Of a stretch of 64,000 nucleotides of DNA, positions 15,540 to 34,512 are shown one piece after another. This DNA is from the human T2T-CHM13v2.0 reference genome, Homo sapiens: assembly GCF_009914755.1 (NCBI RefSeq), contig NC_060927.1; one strand, 5' to 3'. Below the pieces are notes generated by a model. That model ran no database searches, was not told the DNA's origin, and saw nothing but the letters and a program-made list of their open reading frames with translations. Positions within the stretch are counted from its first letter, which is position 1, and every line of letters begins with the position of its first letter. A program made the position numbers and the translations under genes.

Positions 15540-15895
<356 letters not shown>

Positions 15896-15906
15896 CTAGT
15901 GAATTA

Positions 15907-16317
<411 letters not shown>

Positions 16318-16723
16318 TTAATTCTGAGTCAATATAGGCAAATTTTTGTTTCATAATTCTTACTAATAATGGAAAATAAAAACGATTGTCACAGCATAGC
16401 AATTCTGCAAAGAAATTTCTCCCATGACTTGCCAGATGAAATTAGAGGAAGCATTTATATGTATTATGACACTTTTAATATGACTACAACTGAGCTAATT
16501 TTAAACTTTCATTTTTAAAGATAAAAATTATTATTAAAATTACAAAAATGTAACATCATTAAGGTATGATTCATGCAAAGTGTCATGTTTCTGAACTAAA
16601 ATAAATGGATAAGGATGGAGCTGAACAAGTATTACACATATAATGAAATACTTAAGAAAATTACAAGTGATTCCGCCTTAGCTTAATTTTTAAAAAGATT
16701 ATAAATTCTTTATGCAAGACAAT

Positions 16724-17025
16724 CTTTTTTTTTTTTTTTTTAGACAGAGTTTCACTCTTGTTGCCCAGGCTGGAGTGCAATGGTGCAATCTTGGCTCACC
16801 ACAACCTTCGCCTCCTGGGTTCAAGTGATTCTCCTGCCTCAGCCTCCTGAGTAGCTGGGATTATAGGCATGTGCCACCACACCTGGCTAATTTTGTATTT
16901 TTTTTAGTAGAGATGGGGTTTCTCCATGTTGGTCAGGCTGGTCTCGAACTCCTGACCTCAGGTGATCTGCCCGCCTCGGCCTTCCAAAGTGCTGGGATTA
17001 AAGGTGTGAGCCACCATGCCTGGCC
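16724..17025 (-). mobile_element. AluS (Sp/Sq-like)
   Basis: Reverse Alu consensus. Confidence 0.93.
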
Positions 17026-17512
17026 TACGCAAAACAATCTTAACAAACTATTTACTTCAAACACTCTTCACTTTATCAATACATCTTTTTCTATTGAAAA
17101 TGATTCCTAAAGAACAAAACAGTAGAGAAAACAGATCAACAAAACATTTGAGAACCATATTCCTCTCATATTAAGGAGAGATATATAAAGTAATGTGCAC
17201 TATTTTACTTTGCATCTTATAATTAACGTCCCATACCAGCGAATTTTAACAGCCTGGAACCTCTCTCCACAATAAGCATACACCACTAACATTTTGCATG
17301 TAATTTCACAGGTTCATGGTCCTCCTAAAGCCTCTTCATAGACTCCGTTTTCAGAAGTGTAACCATTTCCAGAAATTGGCTCATTTTCCCATGTACATCC
17401 TAGAAATGCCAACTTCTAACAATTTTCAACTTATTTTGTAAGCCAATCAATGTTACCAGTTAAAAACTACCTAGAATATTAATGAGCACAAACATATGCA
17501 GCTTAAAAGCAT

Positions 17513-17518
17513 TTTATT
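17513..17518 (-). promoter_or_regulatory. THOC7: THOC7 poly(A) signal
   Basis: AATAAA on - strand ~240 nt after the stop, with GT/T-rich sequence downstream. Confidence 0.7.
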
Positions 17519-17758
17519 AAGCATTTTTGGATGTTGCTTCCTACCACTTAAGAATAAAAAATGCATTTTAATAAAAACAAATCTATACTGAAGTCATTTT
17601 CCTTTGTGAGAGGAAATATGAATGAAATACATTCATACTTAAAAACAGAGTATTTTACTGCCAAAACTTTAAATATCTCAAGAGCATACCACATTTTAAA
17701 CACATTATGGTCATGTAGCTATTTCAATATTCCTGGGAGTGGTGGGCAATTAGCCTGT

Positions 17759-17826
17759 CTATGGCTTAGGATCTGTTTCCATGCTTGCTTCCTGAGCTTC
17801 TTCTACCTCTGAGAGTTTTTCATCAT
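17759..17826 (-). CDS. THOC7: THOC7 coding exon 8 (NDEKLSEVEEAQEASMETDPKP*)
   Basis: Acceptor caattacag|; TAG at 17761-17759; all exons sum to 615 nt = 204 aa + stop. Confidence 0.96.
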
Positions 17827-17956
17827 CTGTAATTGAGAAGGAAACATAAAACCTTAGTCAAGTTTGCCTATATTTTATATTCGATGAACACATGAAAACA
17901 TGTTTATCCTTTATTAGCCAATACAATTAAAGCTAAGATGGCTACTAGTTGAATCA

Positions 17957-18310
<354 letters not shown>

Positions 18311-18780
18311 TGGGTCTTAGGCTATTCTTTAAAACAATCAGAAGATCAGGTAACACAAAAATTTCCACTTGCCTATAGTGAATATAAAGAGCAAGTCTCC
18401 AGTTCCCCAAAGCACCCACTACTCAGTGGGTATGCAAATGTTCGTATGTACTGATTTCTTATTATTGCCTGCCTGGGTCCTGAGTTGTTATATTATAGTA
18501 GTCAACTACAGTGAACCAAGAAAGATTCCAAATCTATCATCCTTGAATTTTTCTTAATTTAAACCACTATGTATATGTTTAAATCCTATATTACTACAAA
18601 TTAAGACTTTTCTACATGTATTCAAGAAAGTTGAACATGAGTACCTTCTAACGTCATCCAGCTACACTGTTCAGAAATTGAAGGTATACTGTCTCTCCAA
18701 GATGTATATTTCAAAAGGTACATCCCTGGGTCATTTAAAAAATCTTCATAAGCATTTACTTTGAGACTATTTCTACTTAC

Positions 18781-18850
18781 TTTCCAATGTTTGCTGAAGT
18801 TCATGGATGGTACTAAGAAGAACATGAAACTGTTTCCGTCTCAATTCCAG
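18781..18850 (-). CDS. THOC7: THOC7 coding exon 7 (LELRRKQFHVLLSTIHELQQTLE)
   Basis: Acceptor ttaacacag|, donor A|GTAAGT; 70 nt. Confidence 0.96.
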
Positions 18851-18950
18851 CTGTGTTAACAAGAAAAAAATTTATACAAATGACCTGTATATATAGATAT
18901 ATAGACAGACAGATAGACAGATCATGAAGGCTAAATATATATGCGAATAC

Positions 18951-19017
18951 CTTATCTTCAACACTTTCTTTAATGTGTGAAAGATGCTCTAATTCTTTTC
19001 CCAGAGCCTCTAGTTCC
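18951..19017 (-). CDS. THOC7: THOC7 coding exon 6 (ELEALGKELEHLSHIKESVEDK)
   Basis: Acceptor ttatttccag|, donor AAG|GTATTC; 67 nt. Confidence 0.96.
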
Positions 19018-19927
19018 CTGGAAATAATAAAACAGTGTTACATTTTGCTGAATGGGGGAGAAGAGTTTACAATTAATGCCTAACTTTTAAGTTACTAGAT
19101 AGGATTTTTAAAATAAAAAAAGGGCTTATAAGGAGTTATAACACTCCATTATGGTGAAACTTTTAAAGCTGAGGATGATTTCTTCTTAACTTCTAAATAT
19201 GGACTCACTTTCATTAAAATTACATTTTTGGATCCATTTTTAAAGTACAGAAAAATACAGATAACAGAATAACAAGACCCAAGAAATGATACATATTGTG
19301 AAGTTTAACTTCGAGGGTTTTTTATTTTGGTAAAAGAAATAAAACATTGCCAATTAACTCGAAATACCCTTTGAATCTTACGCCTAGTCCTCTATCCTGG
19401 GCCTTTTTATCTCCTCTACCTCCCACTCAGGCAACTACTATATCATTCTTATTCTTTTTTATGCATATACTTGTATCCCTGAATAATACACAGTATTGGT
19501 ATATAATATTTGAAAGGGGGTTCTAACTTTTATAAATGGTTATTATTCTGTATGTGTTTCAGGAATTTAAATATAATTTAAAGTTTATTATGTGTCTTTT
19601 CACTGATTATGTTTTGAGAGCTGTGTTTTAAAAGGGCATAACTAGTTTATTCTTTTTAACTGAAATTCAATATTTTAATATATGAAGACCATATTCTATT
19701 TATCCATTGTGATATTGATGCATATTATATGCATTTATTTTAGACATATAGCTGGTAAGGTTAGAGGAAAATAAAATCTAACAGAGAAGTATGGGAAAAT
19801 ATAATATTGAATATCTGACCCCTCCTTTTGAAACATATTTATTTCTGCAAAAATGAAATGCCTAGGGTAGTTTTCGAGCATTTATGTATAAAGGTTAGTT
19901 CCTTTCAAAGTAAAGCTCTACACTTAC

Positions 19928-19985
19928 TTTAATGTCTCATGCCTGTCTGGATGGTGCTGAATCACTTTTGCCAAAGCATCATATT
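19928..19985 (-). CDS. THOC7: THOC7 coding exon 5 (EYDALAKVIQHHPDRHETLK)
   Basis: Acceptor tatgtcttacag|, donor AA|GTAAGT; 58 nt. Confidence 0.96.
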
Positions 19986-21602
19986 CTGTAAGACATAAAA
20001 ATATTTATCAAACTAAGGATTTTTTGAATGTGAATTATCAAAACAAAATGTGTAATATCACAAACCTCTCCTAATCACTTTCCTAGTACATCAAGAAATG
20101 AAATCACTGAAAGATGAGTATTGCCAGTTTTAGTTAACTGAGTTATAATTATAACGATACATAACATCAAAAGTGTTCCAAACAGGGGTTTTAGCTCCCA
20201 CTTTTTTTCCATTTATATGTCCTGGACAGAACGTAAGAGGTCAGCATAAGCATAAGCAAATTTAAGTTATTATTGATTATCAAATAGACTGATTCTGAGA
20301 AGGATCTTACTCACTAGTTGTCCAAAAAGTAAAATAAAATAAAATACAATCAGTGAATATATCCTACCATTAATCTGAGTTGTTAGTCAACAGCAAATTA
20401 CACTTCTCACTCATTCCAAAAGTTAAGATTTCAGAAACTTGCAAATAACTTAAAATTCAGGTTCTATTTTCTGCTCCACTGAGACCTCCAAGATAAGTCA
20501 TGTAACTCCTGTTAAGCTTTCTTATGAAGTGATGAGTGGCAGGATTTACTTAAAAGCCTCATTAACCAACGAAAACACTGCAAAATATTTTTAGATGACT
20601 TTAGAACTGATACTAAGTTGGTATATGTTACTGTAAATAAGGCACCAAAACTTCACCATACACATTTTAAACTGAAAAAAAAAACTTGTAAAAAGAGGAA
20701 ATTAAGCTTCATCTTAATTAGTTCATTAAAAAGTGAAAATTCATTGTTTTAGAACTGAGCATATTAATTCAAAGTATGATTCTTTTGGATACAAATTTTT
20801 TGAATTACAAAATAATACATGCCCTATGTAAAACAAAACAAAACAACACAAAAACAGAGAAAAGAACCTAAGCCATAAAAACCCACAACTTCAAAATAAC
20901 CATTAACATTTTCTATTTTCTTCTAGTTTTTCATATCAATGTAACAGTTGTGATTACACATTATATTTTTTATTTTTACTTTTCTTCAATTTACATTATA
21001 AGAAGAGCAGTGCCTCTAACATTAAAAATTATCTTGAAATAGTATTTAGGAACTACATAAGGGTATACTCTAACTTAAAAACAAGAGATTATAACAAAAC
21101 TCAACTTTAACCTTCTTATTAGATATTCTAGGCAGTCTAGAAATGTTTGCTTGCTTTGTACTTAATGAAAACTCAGAGTTTAAATTCTTTTCCATTTCAT
21201 TTTTTGGAAAGTAGCTCTATTAAACAAACAAACAAAAAACCCAAACCATAAATCTAGTATATTTATGTAAATTGCCTCTGCTGATTAACCATAACATTAT
21301 TTAGGCAAAAGGGTCCAAGATGGTAAAAATTTAATACTTAAGAAATACTGGGATAAGAAAAAAAAAGAGAAAAACAGAAAAGAAATACTTGGATAATCAA
21401 TGTAATCCAGCAAAAACATTCTTCTCAACACAGACTTCCTTCTCTATTTTAAAGAATAATATAGTTTTAAGGAATTAAAATTTGGATTTTTTTTAATCCA
21501 GGTTGATTCAGGCTGCAGATTTTACCTCACAACATTAAAAACTGCATGAAAACTGTAGTCAGTAATAATGTATTTGCACATTAAATCCCTCAAAACCCTT
21601 AC

Positions 21603-21689
21603 CTTGGCGATTTTTTCGTATTCGTTTTGCTTGAAGAATTTGCTTTTTGCACTCAGCAATTTTTTCATGTGCTCCAGCTATGCTACATT
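21603..21689 (-). CDS. THOC7: THOC7 coding exon 4 (ECSIAGAHEKIAECKKQILQAKRIRKNRQ)
   Basis: Within ORF 21559..21759; donor AAG|GTAAGG; 87 nt. Confidence 0.96.
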
Positions 21690-21998
21690 CTATATGAGAA
21701 GGTTTTTTAAAAGATAGTTGTAACAAAATCAATAATCCATTTTTAATTTTAAAACGCATTTATAAATTAACCTCTATTGGTAACAAAATAGACACTAGTA
21801 TTTTTAAAAAATAGCTGTAACCCAAAGTACTATATCATCTTAGAATACACATTTTTTATAGCTAACATTTACTGTATTCTTTCCATTAATACAGTAATTG
21901 TTATTATTCTTTTACCACCAAAGAAAATTGTTAGCAGGTATTGTTTCCTTTAGACCATAAAAAATAAAATTACAGATAGAAACATTAAGATTCTTTAC

Positions 21999-22126
21999 CT
22001 ATTTCCTTGTAAATTTTTTCATAATTTTCCATTTCTCTGAGATTCATATCATATACTAGTAAAGTTTTGCCCATTGAAAATTCACATTGAGACAGCGTGC
22101 TCAGCATACGTTGGTACTGGCTATAT
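21999..22126 (-). CDS. THOC7: THOC7 coding exon 3 (YSQYQRMLSTLSQCEFSMGKTLLVYDMNLREMENYEKIYKEI)
   Basis: AG/GT boundaries, 128 nt, in-frame translation. Confidence 0.96.
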
Positions 22127-22539
22127 CTAATGAAAAAGAAAGAAAACCAAAATAAAGATATTTGTGGACTGACAAAAGTGAACTGTTATAATGCAGACAA
22201 ATATTTGCTAATTAAATTATAGCAAGTTCTGAGAGAATCATTTGCTTATTTAAAATTTAGAATATCTGTCCCTTAAGTTTTCTTTTTATCAAATGTAGTA
22301 TTCTTGAATTTAACTACTTTAGTTACAAATGCAAAGGTGGGATTGTTGTTCTTATCAATGCACATTTTATTCAAACAATTATTTGAATTTTGTTTAAAAG
22401 ACTTTAGAAATACTTTAAGATGTTTTTTTAACTTCACAATTCTGTTCCCACAATTTTTTCACTCTATAAAATTATTTATATGGAAAGCAAATTCAAATGA
22501 GAAAAAGTTTGCTATGTTAAAAAATAAATAAATATAGTT

Positions 22540-22828
22540 AGGCGTGGTAGCTCATGCCTGTAATTCTGGAATTTTGGGAAGCCAAGGTGGGCAGATCACT
22601 TAATGCTAGAAGTTTGACACCAGCCTGGCCAACATGGTGAAACCCCATCTCTACTAAAATACAAAAATTAGTCAGTCATGGTGTTGCATGCCTATAATCC
22701 CAGCTACTCAGGAGGTTGAGGCACGAGTACTGCTTGAACCTGGGGGGCGGAGGTTGCAGTGAGCCAAGATTGTGCCATTGCACTCCAGCCTGAACAACAG
22801 AATGAGACTCTGTCTCACAAAAAAAAAG
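22540..22828 (+). mobile_element. AluS in THOC7 intron 2
   Basis: Alu consensus. Confidence 0.9.
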
Positions 22829-23282
22829 ATTAGATATACGTGTGTGCGTGTGTATCAGGTTGGTACAAAAGTAATCGTGGTTTCTGCCATTTCTGCCATT
22901 AAAGTTAATGGCAGAAATCACGATTAATTTTGCACCAACTTAATATATACATACATAGCAGCAGCCTTTTATTAGCAAAGGAGAAAATTCCATTTAGATA
23001 TTTTATCTTATTAAACACTTATGTCCTAAAAGTAACCAAACTAATGAGTCTGAATTTAATCTTCATTTCTCCTTACCAATCTGCCTTCTCCATGTTTTAA
23101 TAAACATATGAGAGGCCTTTGAAGAGAAGAAAAGGCCAAGAAAATCTACTCTTGGTTAATTAAGAGTTGACTCCACTGTACATTTAAGGTGAGTGAAAAT
23201 TTGATCTACTCACAGGACCTTAATATAGGGCCTAAAATCACATTAGGACACTGGTATGGAAACAACAGTGAAAATGAAATAC

Positions 23283-23400
23283 CCCTCTTCCTGGGACCCA
23301 GAGTTGCACCATTTAATGAAACTCTTCACTAGCAGATTAATTCTCCGATCATCTCCAGCACCATCTCCATCAATGAGGAGACGCTTCCGTATAACTTCGT
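23283..23400 (-). CDS. THOC7: THOC7 coding exon 2 (DEVIRKRLLIDGDGAGDDRRINLLVKSFIKWCNSGSQEEG)
   Basis: Recognisable THO complex subunit 7 peptide in ORF 23243..23515; acceptor ttctttcctgcag|, donor GG|GTATTT; 118 nt. Confidence 0.97.
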
Positions 23401-23969
23401 CTGCAGGAAAGAAGGGCAATGTTACCATCTGGCTCTTGGTAACTTTCAAGTACAAATAACCAGTATCACTGTTCATTTGTTTATTCAAAAGAAAATTATT
23501 GAAATGTAAATGCATTTAATGCCACTGAACTGTACACTTAAAAATGGCTAGCTAAAATGGTAAATTTTATGTTATGCATAGTTTATGTTATTGTATATAA
23601 TAAAAAATATTTATATACTAAAGAAAAAAGAAAGTTATTGCATGACTATTGTGTGTCAGGTACTATTCTAGGGGCTGGAGTAATAGCAGTGAAAAGACAT
23701 CGTTACAGAGTTGGCAGTCTACTGGGTTGTTGAGTGGAAATAATTTTCAGGTACAATCAAGGAAATAAGCCAATAATTCATAGAGAACCTTTTGTGAAAT
23801 AACCTGCCCAGACAGACAGAACTCCAAATGTTAATGTCTCTGGCTGTTGAGAAGCACTGACAAAAGGAATAGACAGGAAATATTTAAAAGATGTAGTGGC
23901 AAACTAGGAAAAAAAAATGAGATGGGTGAGGGAAAAAGGAATGGATTTGTTAGATAAACATATAATTTA

Positions 23970-24250
23970 AGGCTGGGTGGGGTGGCTAAGGGAGTATCAC
24001 TTGAGCCCAGGAGTTTGAGACCAGCCTGACCAACACAGTGAGACTCTGACTCTACAAAAAATAAAAATTAGCTGGGTGTGGTGGCATGTGCCTGTTAGTC
24101 CCAGTAACTTGGGAGGCTGAGGTAGGAGGATCACTTGAGCCTCGGAGATCAAGGCTGCATTGAGCCATGATCTCACCACTGGACTCCAGCGCCTATTGGC
24201 AACAAAGCGAGATGCTGTCTCCAAAGAAAAAAATAAAAAATAAAAAAATA
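23970..24250 (+). mobile_element. AluJ with left-arm deletion
   Basis: Alu consensus lacking ~35 nt after gtggct. Confidence 0.85.
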
Positions 24251-24369
24251 CAGATGACAATGATGGCCAACAAGTGGGGTCCAAATCTGTCTGCCTGGCA
24301 GTCCTGAGCTAGTGCTCTTTCCTGGACAAAATGATGCTGGATCGTAACAAGAGCAAGGCAAGTTAAAAC

Positions 24370-24980
24370 CACAGTAAAACGTCATTTTTCAACTATCAGA
24401 TTGGCAAAAGATCTGATAAAACTGTTGGCAAGGGTGTTAGAAAACTGCACTTTTATACACTAATAAAATGCAAACTGGTAATTCTTTGTAGGGCCACTGA
24501 ACAATAACAAATAAAATTAAAAACACACTACCATTCTGACCCCATAATTCCAATTCTAGAAGTTTGTCCTATAGAAGTGCACTCATGCACAAAGACAGAC
24601 ATAAAGGGATGTTCTTAGTGGTACTGTTTATAGTAGAAAGATTGCAAACCTATTCATCAGTAAGAAACTGGTTAAATGATGAAACATTCACATAATGTAA
24701 TAGTATGAGCCAAAAGAATAGTGCAGATATACTGATACCAAAAAACTCTCCTTAGATACATTAAGTAAAATGAAAACAAAACAGGTGTAGAAAAGCATAT
24801 ACAATATGTTGCCATATGTGTGGAAAAAGGAGGCTTTGCGTGTGTGCATGTGTATCACACATGCATGTGTGTATTCAGAGACTATCCTTGGACAGATCCA
24901 CAAGAAACTTGTAATAGCGGTTATTTCTGGTAAGAGGGACTACAGATAGAGGTGGGAAAAGATAATTTTCCTGCATGTCT
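24370..24980 (+). mobile_element. Old L1 (L1ME-like) fragment
   Basis: Degenerate L1 ORF2 end / 3' UTR motifs. Confidence 0.6.
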
Positions 24981-25721
24981 TTGTAGAATTTGGGGGGTTT
25001 TCTGTTTTGTTTTTTATAGTACGCAGTAATTATTTTTTAAAATAAATTTTAAAGTGTGAATAATTCCTGGAGAGCCTCCATGCTGAATCAACAGCAAAAT
25101 CTTTAAACAATAGTTCCTGTGTGTAGGCAGAAGTATTTTTGAGCGCAGGTGCAGCGGAGATAAACTTTGGAAGGCAGATGGCTCCAGTTTTAAAATATAT
25201 TGTGATAATATCAGATAAACATTTTTAGAATTGGGTTTGGTTCTCAGAGTCATGGCTTTGACAGACTGCTCAAGCTACATATTCATCAAGTGTTTTAATT
25301 TTATATTTTAAAAATACAAACTAATGCTTTCGGTTTTTTAACCACCAACATTATTATCTGAAGAGACTGAGACAAATAAAACATAGTCCTTGAAGAGATT
25401 AAAATGCAGGAAATAAATACTAATAGAATTTTCTTACTACAAATGTTTTAAGTTTATTAAAAAGAAGCATCTAGTGGGTGAATCTGGTGGCACTGATGGT
25501 ATTCAACAGTTCCTTTGCTAGTCTTATCTGTGTTCTTCTCAAGTCTCCAAGAAATACCATTTTTTTTGCTACATGCCTGGATCTCCAACTGTATTGAGGA
25601 CTGGGGATTTCAAATGTAAATACATTAAAGTAATAGGAAAACAACATCTAAGGCAACCTGGGGAGTGAGTGCCCTGATTGAGAGGAAAAAATATTAATAG
25701 ATCTAAGAGAGATTAAAGTTT

Positions 25722-28572
<2,851 letters not shown>

Positions 28573-28649
28573 AAGTGTTGCCCAAGTCTAGAATCATAAA
28601 TAAAGACAATTGAGATCTTTACATTTGTTGTAATTTTGTCTCTTGACAG

Positions 28650-28679
28650 ATGACCACAAAAGGACCTGGAGACAGCTGA
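28650..28679 (+). CDS. C3orf49: Alternative last coding exon of C3orf49 (MTTKGPGDS*), ERV-derived; gives a 292-aa isoform when spliced from 15471
   Basis: Acceptor aattttgtctcttgacag| at 28649; 283 + 9 codons = 292 aa, matching the length and ending I recall for annotated C3orf49; possible weak donor AAG|GTGATG after 28709. Confidence 0.7.
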   Translation: MTTKGPGDS

Positions 28680-30035
28680 CCTGAGACTCCTTGAGGAACA
28701 CAGGAAAAGGTGATGCTAACCTTCTTTTCTGGGGGTGGGGGGTACTATCTCCTTCATGTAGCCCTGAGGGTTAAGTCCCCCTCAGATCTGAGCTCTGCTC
28801 TCTTTAAGTATTTAAGCTCGCTGATATCTTTGGCTTTGGGGGTATCAAGATTAGTTTGTGCTATGAGAGGACATTTGACTTTGGGGTACCTAGGGTTAGT
28901 TTGTACTGTGGCAGGGCACATGACTTCTGGGTTCATAGTGGCTGACAAGTCACTGGCAATGACTACATTGTTTCGGCTCCCACTCTGGTGATATCTCATG
29001 CATGATGCCATAAAAGGCTTGGGTCAAGCCCTGAAGAATGTGGCTGGACAGAAATACGGGTTGCATCCCATTGGTGACCAGCATATGACCAGAGGGAAAT
29101 GTGCGTTACACTCTCTGTGGCTACCATAAAGGGCTGCAGTAGTAAAGGTAACCAACGGCAGTCACAGTAAGTGGTTATTACCATGAGGTGGAGGGGGACA
29201 TGAACTCTGGCTTTTGGAATTCATAGGTATGTGTGTTCTTTTTTTCTTACATGTTTAGATGAGGGAGGCCTCAGGCATCTGACTGGGTCAGACAAAAAAG
29301 AAACTGAAATGTCATTAGCTAAGTTGGTCAAGGCGATCTCAAAGCCAAAGCCATTTTGGCTTTGGAAGACCCAATATCCAACATAAAATGGTTTCTTTAA
29401 TTTCTAAAGATCTGAGTACCCTCCCTTCTGGCCAGTCTGCCTTTTTTGTGTATAAGGTTTCTGGTTCTGGAAGCTACAAATATTTACAAATGGCAAAATC
29501 TTACAAAAGATAATTCAGAATTATGATGCCATTACATGGAATGTTCCACATGAAAAAGACTATTCATCTAAGAAGTGCACTCGAACCCCGAGCCTCCCAA
29601 ATTATGCAGAGAGAACAAAATTCTTATTGGCATTCAGAAGCCTCAAAGAGACAGTCCTCTAAAATCACCTTTTAAAAAGATTCACTGTAAAGAGCTAATG
29701 AAAAGCTGGAAATGGAAGATATTCCCTTACCAAGGATGGTAAAACTGATGTAACTCCTACTGCCTCTCTCTCTCTTTCTTTGCCTGAATATTTACAATCT
29801 ACTACTAAATATTCAGTCTGCTTTGTCTGAATTGCCTTTCTTCCCTGAAAAAAGCAGTTAAACAGTTTCCTTATAAGAGAATCGTCTGAAAAATCAGGAG
29901 ATAATCCCCAAGCGACTTGCACTCCCTGGACAAAAATGGACTTCAGGGCCACAGTTCAAGATTTTCCTAAACCTAGAGAAAAATTTCACAAGTTTTCTGA
30001 AGAATTCAGGGTCTTACTAGTAACTTATTATTTAA

Positions 30036-30337
<302 letters not shown>

Positions 30338-31030
30338 TTACTGGTAATTTATAACCCCAGTATACTTGATCTGTACCAACTAGTATATGTGTTGGTGTAC
30401 TCTAGGGAGCCCCACATGGATGAAAGAGGCAGAATGATAGTCTCCTGAGAATTCTATCAAGTACCCAACAAGTCCCGTCCGATCTACTTATGGGTCAGGC
30501 AAAACCCAAAAGACTGCAAATTACAGTTTGAAAAGCCATTCCCCAAGTATTTCAGCTCCATGACAACCAGCAACCTAGAATGACATTTGGGCCTGTCCTA
30601 GGGTGCTTCCCCAAATAAGCAATCCCTAAAACAGCAGTTTCCAAAAATTCACTAGTAGGAGGGCTAGAACGCCTCCTAGTTTGTTGGGAATGGATCGAAG
30701 AATTGCGTAGGCGAATAGGAAGTACCACCACTTGTGCAAATAACCAGGACATTGGAAAAAGGACTGCTAAAAAAAATTTCTAGGAAAGCCCCTAAAATCA
30801 GGCTTCCCACCCACCCTGTGATAAAAAAAGTTCCTATAAATCTGGTATGTATTGGTATAAATGCTATCAGTCATAATTTTGGTTGAAAAATAACCAAATT
30901 TCCTTGTCAATTTCATCATTATTTTAATGAACTCTCATCAGGTTTTAACCATGGCCATTTTAAGTCATGTTGTCCACAGTTAATTGTTTTGGTTCTAATG
31001 CCTTTTATGAAAGCTTTCTGCAAGCAATTA

Positions 31031-31405
<375 letters not shown>

Positions 31406-31447
31406 TTATACCATTGGACAAAATTTCCAAAAGTTTAATGAAGAAAC

Positions 31448-32292
31448 TGTAAACCAAAAATAAAATTCTAAGCCCTCCAGCCAATTGAATGGACACCCAT
31501 TCAATAGGCCAAGGGCTTTCCAAAGTAAACCTGAAAAACTAGTTTAGGCCATGATGGGAATGGGGGTGGGGTCAGAATGCCTCATTACACCCTCCTTCTA
31601 GAATTCAGGCACAACTGACCAGCATGAACATTAAAACAGAGATCTTAAGACTGACCAAACAGACTCTTTGTACCAATAAGATACATCACATGACAGCAGA
31701 CATTGAAATAAATTGAAGTATTTTACTCTGAAATATATTTCTTTGATGTATTTAAAAATGGCCCTGCAAAGTTGTCTCATAAATCTACATTCTGTGGAGA
31801 ATCCCCTTCCCTTTCCAGGTCTTTTCCTGATCCAGGAGAGATTAAGAGTCTGGCACCTTTTTAAGTCTGATAAGAAATATTTACCATCTATTCTCTGTGA
31901 AGCCTGCTAGCTGGAGGTTTCATCTGTGTCAGAACCTTGGCCTCCACAACCCCTTATTTCAACCCAGAAATTCCTTTCTATTGATTCCAGGTCTTCAGAC
32001 AATAACTTAACCAATTACCAATCAGAAAATCGACTCCACCTATGAGCTGGAAGTCCTTCCCACCCCCCACCTTCAAGCTGTCCTGCTTTTCTGTACTGAA
32101 CCAATATACATCTTACGTGTATTCATTGATGTCTGCCTGTAACTTCTGTCCCCCTAAAATGCATAAAATCAGCTGTAATTCAACCACCTTCGGCACATCT
32201 CAGGACCTCCTGATGCTGTGGCATGTCTTTAACCTTGGCAAAATAAACTCCTAAATTGATTAAGACTTGTCTCAGATACTTTTTGGTTGACA
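31448..32292 (+). mobile_element. MER4-type solo LTR inserted in the ERV internal region
   Basis: TGTAAACCAAAAATAAAATTCTAAGCCC start and TTTTGGTTGACA end; AATAAA at 32242. Confidence 0.8.
31991..32270 (+). other. C3orf49: Probable non-coding terminal exon of the long C3orf49 isoform inside a MER4-type LTR
   Basis: Acceptor ttcctttctattgattccag| at 31990 and LTR AATAAA at 32242-32247; linkage to upstream exons is inferred. Confidence 0.45.
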
Positions 32293-32733
32293 AATTTGAT
32301 GGGTTTGTAAAACTGCTAACCAAGATCAAACAGAGCACGAATTAATTACATGAGACTGATTGAACTGATAAATAAAAACTATGGGTTTTCATGGCTTCTT
32401 TATTTGAAACATTGCTGTTTTTTTTAATATTTTGTTTTACAGATTTAAGGAAACTTCTTTTTTTAAAAGCTATCTATAGCTTACAGCAATTTGGTAAAGC
32501 ATACTTTTATGAATAAAAACAGAAACATTTGCTTTTTCTTTCTACCTGATGATATCTCCAGAATTTGGAAACTATTTGTTAGTACTGTTATTTTTACGGC
32601 AATTTGGTTGTCTGCATAAGTTCAACAAAGAATCTGTTCTCTTTAACAGGATACAATTGGAAACAGTGGTTATATTATCAAGGCTCTGACAGGAATACCA
32701 TATTTGAAAATGTTCTTAGAATGCCTAGCTTCA

Positions 32734-33023
32734 CCTGGGCATGGTGGCTCACGCCTGTAATCCCAGCACTTTGGAGGCCAAGGCGGGTGGATCATCTGAG
32801 GTCAGGAGTTCAAGACCAGCCTGGCCAACATGGTGAAACCCTGTCTCTACTAAAAATACAATAAATTGGCCGAGTGTGGTGGCATGAGCCTGTAATACCA
32901 ACTACTCAGGAGGCTGAGGCAGGACAATTGCTTGAACCCAGGAGGCGGAGGTTGCAGCGGGCCAAGACTGCGTCACTGCCCTCTAGCCTGGGTGACAGAG
33001 TAAGACACCATCTCAAAAAAACA
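32734..33023 (+). mobile_element. AluS
   Basis: TSD agaatgcctagcttca on both sides. Confidence 0.93.
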
Positions 33024-33795
33024 AGAATGCCTAGCTTCAAGGATTCTCAGCTTTATAGTGAATGAGTAAAGGTTGTCACTTCCTGGCAGGCCCATGAACC
33101 TCAAGGTACTAGATACAGCAGGCAAAGTCTGATGTGTGCCTTCATTTGGCTTCCTAACATTGAGAGGTTTCTAAAATTCTAATCTGAGATTCCTTGTCAA
33201 AGTTTGCAGCAAAGCAAATTTAAAAGACGGCTATGTAGTTATTCTTGCTGCACTTTTATAAATAATCAGGCAAATTGGTCTGTGATTATCTTTTGTAGAA
33301 ATGAGGGTGAATGTAGAGAAAAAAATTACGTTAAAAAAAGTTATAGTGGCCTTGTTATTAGATTGTAGCCTGGCTCATTGTTTTTGCTTTTCTTTTTTCT
33401 TTTTCTCCTTTTTTCACTAGTAGACTAGACTGGATTCTGAATTCTTCTAGTTTTCTCTAATATCTGGCTAAGACTCTCAAATAACAAAAACGGCTGTTTC
33501 TCAAGCCCTATAAGCAAAAGCTGGACAACTCGATGTAAATTTCAAGGGAGATATCTCATACCTGATACATGTGCCACATAGAGAATTCACCAGAATGCCT
33601 GATGTCACACCAGAGACAATCAAACTGCAAATCAGGATGAGAAGTTGTTGACTTCATGCTGGGGACAACTTTTCCCAAGACCATTGGAATAAGACTCCCC
33701 ATCATAAGAAGACTCTTACTCCTCTTAATTATTCCTTATTTATGCCTACTTCTTTCCCTTGACTAGATAATGCTATACAGTTTCACAATCAGTAA

Positions 33796-34512
<717 letters not shown>

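Noticed and set aside
25470-25620. Unique segment with CTGA/TGATG-like boxes considered as a snoRNA or retrocopy
   Set aside because: No convincing C/D or H/ACA architecture, terminal stem, poly-A or TSD
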